Below, piece after piece: positions 1 through 3,713 of a stretch of 5,514 nt of DNA (the first letter of the stretch is position 1; each line of letters begins with the position of its first letter). The DNA comes from a virus. The stretch is from positions 1-5,514 of IMG/VR virus record IMGVR_UViG_3300045988_036424; one strand, written 5' to 3'. Both the position numbers and the translations under genes were made by a program. The notes under the pieces are model-generated. The model did not search any database. It had not been told where the DNA came from and saw nothing but the letters and a program-made list of their open reading frames with translations.

Positions 1-42
1 CTGTTGTACCTGTTTCAGCTGTTCCATTGTTTCGGCTGCTGC
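1..42. repeat. Left copy of a 42-nt terminal direct repeat, identical to 5473-5514. It is a circular-assembly overlap and implies a 5472-nt circular genome.
   Basis: Base-by-base comparison: ctgttgtacctgtttcagctgttccattgtttcggctgctgc occurs at 1-42 and again at 5473-5514. A minus-strand reading frame runs through the junction without interruption. Confidence 0.95.
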
Positions 43-357
43 CTCGGCCTTTTCGTGCATCGTCATGATGTCCTTCGGCAGATTTTCGAGGTCTGTGCCT
101 TCGGTGTATACCATGCTTTTTGCCTTGATGGATGTGTCTCCAGCTTCCAGTCTTGCGATTGCGCTTGCAAGGTCGTAGCCCTCGCCGGCTCGCTGGATTT
201 TCTCGTATGTGTTCTCATCCGGCTGCTGAATGTAGTCGGTTGTGTCGTTCGGTCGCTTTACTGCTTTCCACGTTGGGGCAGTCTTGCTGCCCGGATTGTT
301 TGCTACTCTTTCAGTTGGCATTCCGTAGTATCTTACCATCACATCAGGATTTAACAT
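1..357 (-). CDS. N-terminal 119 codons of a 142-aa ORF that crosses the circular junction and continues at 5472 down to 5401. Putative internal scaffolding protein (VP3-like) by position. The C-terminal tail is rich in Glu and Lys.
   Basis: Hand translation: ATG at 357-355 is preceded by AAGGAGA plus a 6-nt spacer. The product is MLNPDVMVRYYGMPTERVANNPGSKTAPTWKAVKRPNDTTDYIQQPDENTYEKIQRAGEGYDLASAIARLEAGDTSIKAKSMVYTEGTDLENLPKDIMTMHEKAEAAAETMEQLKQVQQ, open to base 1. The ORF sits immediately upstream of VP1 and downstream of the VP5-like gene, as VP3 does in gokushoviruses. Its start overlaps the upstream gene's stop by 14 nt. The functional call rests on synteny and size only. Confidence 0.6.
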   Translation of the reverse strand, partial: MLNPDVMVRYYGMPTERVANNPGSKTAPTWKAVKRPNDTTDYIQQPDENTYEKIQRAGEGYDLASAIARLEAGDTSIKAKSMVYTEGTDLENLPKDIMTMHEKAEAAAETMEQLKQVQQ

Positions 358-598
358 TGGCTGTCTCCTTCAGGTCGATGAGCCGTGCGATGTGTTCAGG
401 CATTGCTTCGCTCATGTAGCCGGTCTCGGTGTCAAATTCGCCCAGTTCCACGAGGCTGATGTCTTCGATTTCGCTTGGCTTGCTTTCGTTGGCTTTCCAT
501 CGTGCCGTTCGGACTGCCTGTGCCCGGTTGTTCTGCAGGAACGGCTGCGAGTAGCCATTGGTCAGCGAATCGTGGAATGTGTAGAACTTCAGTTTCAT
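344..598 (-). CDS. Small non-structural protein, 84 aa, resembling gokushovirus VP5/ORF5.
   Basis: ORF track. ATG at 598 is preceded by GGAGGGG plus a 7-nt spacer. The N-terminus MKLKFYTFHDSLTNGYSQPF...A.R and the segment EDISLVELGEFDTETG resemble the recalled VP5 pattern (MK.FT..D.K......PFF....A.R.F ... PEDY.L.EIG.FD..TG). The gene lies between the accessory genes and the VP3-like gene, as expected. Confidence 0.65.
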   Translation of the reverse strand: MKLKFYTFHDSLTNGYSQPFLQNNRAQAVRTARWKANESKPSEIEDISLVELGEFDTETGYMSEAMPEHIARLIDLKETANVKS

Positions 599-601
599 GT
601 T

Positions 602-994
602 TTAGCCCCTCCATCGAGCTTTCTTTTCCCTTACGTCTATGTGCGTAAAGTTTTCGTATCTGCCTATTCCGTATTTGTCTGGATATTTGCGGTTTAGGTA
701 TCTTTGCACTTCGCTTGCTGGCACCGTTTTCACTTTGATGTCGGCTGCCGTGCCCTTTGTGTGTTGTGAGTTTTTTACACCGCCGATTTTCTTGTTATAT
801 TCTGGTGTTCTGTATCCGCTGGTGATTATTACCGGCATTTTGAAGTTTGTTCTTACATCTTCCAGCACTTTTATCAGTTCTGAGTCGATGAGAACTTCAT
901 CACACTGGTAATCTTTTTGCGCAAATTCTTTCACTTTGAAGTGTTCGCTTACTTGGTGGGTGCCCTGATTGAATAAGCTGTATTCATGCAGCAT
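602..994 (-). CDS. Zinc-dependent cell-wall peptidase of the M15 family (Peptidase_M15_3 / DUF882-like). It is a catalytic domain only and a putative endolysin.
   Basis: 130 aa. Motifs SGYRTPEYN, SQHTKGTAAD (His-x6-Asp) and FTHID (distal His-x-Asp) match the H..D...H zinc triad layout of M15 peptidases. The N-terminal HFKVKEF motif is also typical. No N-terminal hydrophobic signal is present (MLHEYSLFNQGTHQ...). The RBS-like GGGGAAAGAG lies upstream of ATG 994. Confidence 0.88.
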   Translation of the reverse strand: MLHEYSLFNQGTHQVSEHFKVKEFAQKDYQCDEVLIDSELIKVLEDVRTNFKMPVIITSGYRTPEYNKKIGGVKNSQHTKGTAADIKVKTVPASEVQRYLNRKYPDKYGIGRYENFTHIDVREKKARWRG

Positions 995-996
995 TT

Positions 997-1107
997 TTAC
1001 TCTTTCCCCGCGTCTTTCAGTGCGTGGTAAATCTCGTCAAGCTTTTCCAGAATGCGCATCATCAGTTCAATCGCTTCTTTGACGTCCTTGACCTTAATCA
1101 GTGCCAT
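997..1107 (-). CDS. Hypothetical 36-aa micro-ORF with a charged, helical-looking product (MALIKVKDVKEAIELMMRILEKLDEIYHALKDAGKE). It is not in the ORF track.
   Basis: Hand translation. ATG at 1107 is preceded by AAGGAGATGG with about 7 nt spacing. The TAA stop at 999-997 lies 2 nt before the peptidase ATG, a translationally coupled layout. I recognise no homology. Confidence 0.5.
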   Translation of the reverse strand: MALIKVKDVKEAIELMMRILEKLDEIYHALKDAGKE

Positions 1108-1142
1108 TAAACCATCTCCTTTCTTTTTTGGCCTTTGTCCAG

Positions 1143-1259
1143 CTACAGCCTGATGCCGCCCCGGCTGACCTTTGGCCGGACGTTGATGTTTTTTACCCGC
1201 TTTGCAGTCTGGGTAAAATGTTTCTGGTCGCCTCGACCCGCTCCGCTTCTGTGTGCCAT
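1143..1259 (-). CDS. Small, highly basic DNA-binding/packaging protein of 38 aa (phiX174 J-like, gokushovirus ORF8-like). It is not in the ORF track.
   Basis: Hand translation: GAAAGGAGATAACACA-ATG gives a strong SD. The product is MAHRSGAGRGDQKHFTQTAKRVKNINVRPKVSRGGIRL*. It is rich in Arg and Lys and ends in RGGIRL, which I recall as the characteristic C-terminus (MRGGIRF/L) of chlamydiaphage ORF8-type proteins. Confidence 0.75.
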   Translation of the reverse strand: MAHRSGAGRGDQKHFTQTAKRVKNINVRPKVSRGGIRL

Positions 1260-1278
1260 TGTGTTATCTCCTTTCTTT

Positions 1279-1320
1279 TAAATATAAAAGGCAGACAACC
1301 AATATTGGTCGTCTGCCTTT
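1279..1320 (-). terminator. Rho-independent terminator-like hairpin downstream of rep. The stem is 14 bp, the loop 6 nt, and a U-rich tail follows.
   Basis: Minus strand reads AAAGGCAGACGACC-AATATT-GGTTGTCTGCCTTT followed by TATATTTAAAAG. The stems are 1320-1307 and 1300-1287. On the minus-strand RNA the only imperfect pair is a G-U wobble, whereas on the plus strand it is an A-C mismatch. This favours function on minus-strand transcripts. Confidence 0.6.
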
Positions 1321-1349
1321 ATTTTATACAAAAACTTCTGTTTTGTCAA
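1321..1349 (-). promoter_or_regulatory. Sigma-70-type promoter candidate for the J-like / orf36 / peptidase / VP5 / VP3 / VP1 gene block.
   Basis: Minus strand reads TTGACA (1349-1344), a 17-nt spacer, then TAAAAT (1326-1321). That is 6/6 and 5/6 matches to consensus with optimal spacing. It lies about 60 nt upstream of the first strong SD of the block. This is sequence-pattern evidence only. Confidence 0.5.
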
Positions 1350-1489
1350 TACGGCAAGGTTTTTTAAGAAAATAGATTGATATATTAGTTGCTGGTTTTG
1401 CTCCTTTGGTTTGAAAAGCGCTTTAGCGCTCTGCCGCATGGAGCTAAAGCGGAATGCGGCTAATCCATTCATTATAAGCGCTGTGCGCG

Positions 1490-2479
1490 TCATGCTTTCG
1501 GCTCACGCCATTTTTGCTTTAGCTTGTCCTTTTCCTTCTGAATGTTTAGATAGGTTTCATAATCCACGCTTGTAGACTGTTCGAGATTGATTAAGCTTTG
1601 TATTGCACTGCGTCTGCGTCTGGCTCTAACTTCTCTCAGCTCGTCAGAATGTGCCTTAAAATAGCTTTCAGTGTCTTGGCTGGTATCCTTATCAAGTATC
1701 TTATCAAAATAGCGTGGTGGCCTTTTTTCGCGTCCCCCTGCACAGATGATGCTATCTGTCTTTAAGATTTCATCTTTGTGTTCGTTCAGATACTTTTCGC
1801 CAATGCCTTTCGACATGATTCGGAACTCTGGCTCTCTGCCTTCCATCCAGTATTTTGCCGCTTGCTCTGCACCTATGGCTTTCTTGTTGACGTATTGCGC
1901 CACGTATGCAAAGCTTCCCGGTTGTGCTGGTGAAAAGTCTATCATGCCATTGCCCCAGATTTTTTGTAGCCATTCGCTTTTGAAATAGCTGTTGCCTTTT
2001 TGGTTTTTATACCATTGTGCATCCGGTGGCTTTAATCCGAATACTATAGCATGATAGTGTGGTCTTTTTGTTCTGTCGCCGTATTCGGCTGCTAGGAAGT
2101 ATTTTATTGGCTTCTTGTATGCTTTCCGTAGACGTTTCAGAAATAGCTGCACGTCTCGCTTGCTTACTGTTTGACTTTGAATGCTTCTGTAGCCTTTGAC
2201 GATTTCGCCGTATGGTATATGCTCATCGTCATACGTCAGTGTTAGAAAAATCACATCGTTCCATTCTTTGGCTTCTAGCTCTATTCTGGTTGCCCATTGG
2301 TCTGCTATCTGTTTGCGGCAGTACTCGCATTTACCGCATGGTAACAATGCGAATTTTCCTTTTTTGATTCCGTCCATGATGTCCGTTTGCAGTCCTTGTT
2401 TGGATAGGTTTTCCAGACTTCCCCATAGTTTTGGTTTTTTCGTATCCATTTGAAATACTAATGGTTTTGTACATGGCAT
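1490..2479 (-). CDS. Replication initiation protein (Microviridae VP4 / phiX174 gpA-like HUH rolling-circle endonuclease).
   Basis: Motif 1 is FLTLTY, motif 2 is HYHAIVF (HUH), and motif 3 is AYVAQYVNKK with paired catalytic tyrosines as in phiX174 A. An N-terminal Cys cluster PCGKCEYCR is present. The ORF track extends to a GTG at 2494 (334 aa). I prefer the ATG at 2479 (329 aa) because it gives the MPCxxP N-terminus typical of VP4 proteins. The start remains uncertain. Confidence 0.93.
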   Translation of the reverse strand: MPCTKPLVFQMDTKKPKLWGSLENLSKQGLQTDIMDGIKKGKFALLPCGKCEYCRKQIADQWATRIELEAKEWNDVIFLTLTYDDEHIPYGEIVKGYRSIQSQTVSKRDVQLFLKRLRKAYKKPIKYFLAAEYGDRTKRPHYHAIVFGLKPPDAQWYKNQKGNSYFKSEWLQKIWGNGMIDFSPAQPGSFAYVAQYVNKKAIGAEQAAKYWMEGREPEFRIMSKGIGEKYLNEHKDEILKTDSIICAGGREKRPPRYFDKILDKDTSQDTESYFKAHSDELREVRARRRRSAIQSLINLEQSTSVDYETYLNIQKEKDKLKQKWREPKA

Positions 2480-2487
2480 TTTTGTTA

Positions 2488-2520
2488 CCGGCACAAGCTT
2501 CCTTGTCTATCTTGTGCCGG
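2488..2520. promoter_or_regulatory. Perfect 10-bp inverted repeat with a 13-nt loop, immediately upstream of (or overlapping) the rep start.
   Basis: ccggcacaag (2488-2497) and cttgtgccgg (2511-2520) are exact reverse complements. On the minus strand the loop reads ATAGACAAGGAAG and contains an SD-like AAGGAAG. The alternative GTG start at 2494 lies inside the stem. Confidence 0.7.
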
Positions 2521-2573
2521 TTGACACCTCGCTTTCTTTATATATTAACTTGTTGTAGTCGTAGTAGTAGTGT

Positions 2574-2731
2574 TGTTGAAAGTGTTGAAAACTCGTTTTT
2601 TTAACGTTACTACGTTTATTTATTGTCTTTTTGCCTGTTGAAAACTTTGTTGAATTGTTGAATGTTCGTCATTTTTACGAATTTCTTTGTGCAACTTGTT
2701 GTTGAAAACCTGTTGAAAGTGTTGAAAACTC
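2574..2731. repeat. Iteron array of eight GTTGAA(A) copies (TTTCAAC on the coding strand) in three clusters. It includes a perfect 21-nt direct repeat.
   Basis: GTTGAA starts at 2575, 2584, 2637, 2649, 2657, 2701, 2712 and 2721. The clusters begin 62 and 64 nt apart. TGTTGAAAGTGTTGAAAACTC is identical at 2574-2594 and 2711-2731. The array lies in the only large non-coding region (2495-2805). Confidence 0.85.
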
Positions 2732-2769
2732 AAGTTTTCCACATTCTTTATTTTTTGGATTATTGTTAC

Positions 2770-2799
2770 AAAAAAGGGGGATGTTTTCCACCCCCCCTT
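2770..2799 (-). terminator. Rho-independent terminator downstream of VP2.
   Basis: Minus strand just after the VP2 TAA (2808-2806) reads AAGGGGGGG-TGGAAAACAT-CCCCC-TTTTTTG. This is a G/C stem (2776-2780 paired with 2791-2797) followed by a T6 run (2775-2770). Confidence 0.65.
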
Positions 2800-2805
2800 C
2801 CTTTC

Positions 2806-3675
2806 TTAGTCTCCTTTGTATGCGTTGAATGCGTCCATGTTTGGCATGATTGGCACTCTTTGGTTGTACTTTTTGAAGTTTTCTGCTGTGTCTTTGGCTG
2901 CTTTGCCAGCTTTTTCTGCTGCTTTTTCTGCTGCTTTTTTGGCTGCTTTGCCGGCTCCCGCAAGGCCTGCACCTAATTTGCTAGCTGCATAGGTGTACTG
3001 TTGCGCCTGTTTTGCGCTTGAGGTTGCCAGCTCGCTCGCTGCCTGTTCCCAGCTTTTCGCATTCTTAAACTGTTTTGCGCTGGTCGCCTGTTTTGCCAGC
3101 TGTAAGTATTTGTCTGCCAGTTCTGCCGTGTTGTTGCCATATTCGTACATTGCGGATACGCTTGCAGCCTGTGCGCTCTGCTGGTTATAACGTTGGCTTC
3201 CAATGCTTGCAGATGCTCCCGATGGTGCGCTTGTTGCTCCGTTGGTCGCTGCTAGGATAGGATTGATGCCCGCTGCGATCATGTCCTTTACGGTATCTTG
3301 ATAGGCTGTCCCGCGCATTTCCTTTTGAAACGCTCGTTCTGCTGCTGCTTCTGCGCTGTTGTACTTCTTGGCGCTTGCTTGGCTTCCAGCATTCGCGAGG
3401 TTGCTCAGCAGTCCGCTCATCATTTGCAGTGCGTTTGCGGTGTTTACGCTGCTCTGGTTGCCGAATGTGGCAATACCTGTTGGCGTGCTGATTTGTGTCG
3501 CACCGATTTGCTGTGGTGCTGTTACACTGCCGGTTGTGGTCTCGTTGCCTGATGTGGTCTCGTTGCCTGATGCTTGGCTGTTTTTGGCTCCGCTCTGGTT
3601 ACTGCTCGTTATGATGCCTGTTAATATGCTTAGCCCTTGCATGAGGTATGGCATAAAGCTTAATAACGTCTCCAT
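2806..3675 (-). CDS. DNA pilot / minor capsid protein (VP2, phiX174 H-like).
   Basis: 289 aa and located immediately downstream of VP1. It has a hydrophobic N-terminal segment (LLSFMPYLMQGLSILTGIITS), a long low-complexity body rich in Ala, Gln and Ser, and a Lys/Ala-repeat C-terminus (KAAKKAAEKAAEKAGKAAK). This composition is typical of microvirus pilot proteins. The call rests on synteny and composition, not on a specific motif. Confidence 0.8.
   Translation of the reverse strand: METLLSFMPYLMQGLSILTGIITSSNQSGAKNSQASGNETTSGNETTTGSVTAPQQIGATQISTPTGIATFGNQSSVNTANALQMMSGLLSNLANAGSQASAKKYNSAEAAAERAFQKEMRGTAYQDTVKDMIAAGINPILAATNGATSAPSGASASIGSQRYNQQSAQAASVSAMYEYGNNTAELADKYLQLAKQATSAKQFKNAKSWEQAASELATSSAKQAQQYTYAASKLGAGLAGAGKAAKKAAEKAAEKAGKAAKDTAENFKKYNQRVPIMPNMDAFNAYKGD
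3536..3571. repeat. Perfect 2 x 18-nt in-frame tandem duplication inside VP2.
   Basis: gtggtctcgttgcctgat occurs at 3536-3553 and again at 3554-3571. It encodes the duplicated SGNETT-SGNETT segment. Confidence 0.95.
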
Positions 3676-3709
3676 TCAAAAATAGCCCCGCTTTTGCGGG
3701 GCTTCCTCC
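3676..3709 (-). promoter_or_regulatory. Intercistronic hairpin between VP1 and VP2. It is a candidate partial terminator (attenuator) and sits between the only SD and the VP2 start codon.
   Basis: Minus strand reads TAA-GGAAGGAGGA-AGCCCCGC-AAAA-GCGGGGCT-ATTTTTGA-ATG. The 8-bp GC-rich stem (3703-3696 / 3691-3684) has an AAAA tetraloop and is followed by AUUUUUGA. GGAGG (3709-3705) is 29 nt from the ATG linearly, but only 9 unpaired nt separate them if the hairpin is folded. Confidence 0.65.
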
Positions 3710-3713
3710 TTCC

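Noticed and set aside
4-354. 116-aa plus-strand ORF, and the other plus-strand ORFs in the track (132-419, 392-697, 639-911, 1101-1367, 1746-1988, 2196-2453, 2662-2976, 2993-3260, 3298-3685, 3795-4364, 4405-4632, 4781-4999).
   Set aside because: All lie antisense to well-supported minus-strand genes. They are rich in Cys, Phe, Leu and Val, as expected when A-rich coding sequence is read backwards. They lack SD sequences and have no recognisable motifs. Microviruses code on a single strand.
432-614. 60-aa alternate-frame minus-strand ORF embedded in the VP5-like gene, considered as a phiX174 E-like embedded lysis gene.
   Set aside because: It has no transmembrane-length hydrophobic segment (only WLLAAVPA) and no SD upstream of its ATG. 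The product is basic and disordered-looking.
1278-1493. 71-aa minus-strand ORF whose start overlaps the rep stop (ATGA).
   Set aside because: It runs straight through the interleaved hairpins, the consensus promoter and the terminator stem, and it stops in the terminator tail. It has no SD and a low-complexity, non-protein-like sequence. This is more plausibly an untranslated regulatory region, although the ATGA coupling means it cannot be fully excluded.
2521-2548. Plus-strand TTGACA-16 nt-TATTAA promoter-like match directly after the hairpin.
   Set aside because: There is no plausible plus-strand gene for it to drive. AT-rich intergenic DNA produces such matches readily. At most it is a candidate antisense promoter, with no support.
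2549-2574. Trinucleotide-periodic stretch ttgttgtagtcgtagtagtagtgttgttg.
   Set aside because: It is a short, imperfect microsatellite-like run adjacent to the iterons and contains stops in frame. I treat it as part of the structured intergenic region and not as a separate feature.
2574-2731. The GTTGAAA repeat clusters, considered as a CRISPR array or a coding tandem repeat (an 18-aa ORF, MTNIQQFNKVFNRQKDNK, is readable on the minus strand at 2615-2671).
   Set aside because: The repeat units are 6-9 nt with irregular spacing of 8-12 nt, far too short for CRISPR. The tiny ORF lacks an SD and simply reflects the repeat sequence. Iteron or operator sites are the better explanation.
2766-3203. 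Two back-to-back alternate-frame minus-strand ORFs inside VP2 (76 aa and 68 aa, same frame, very basic: QPKKQQKKQQKK).
   Set aside because: The frame is open because of the biased, repetitive codon composition of VP2. The 68-aa ORF runs across the VP2 stop and the terminator. It has no SD and no motif.
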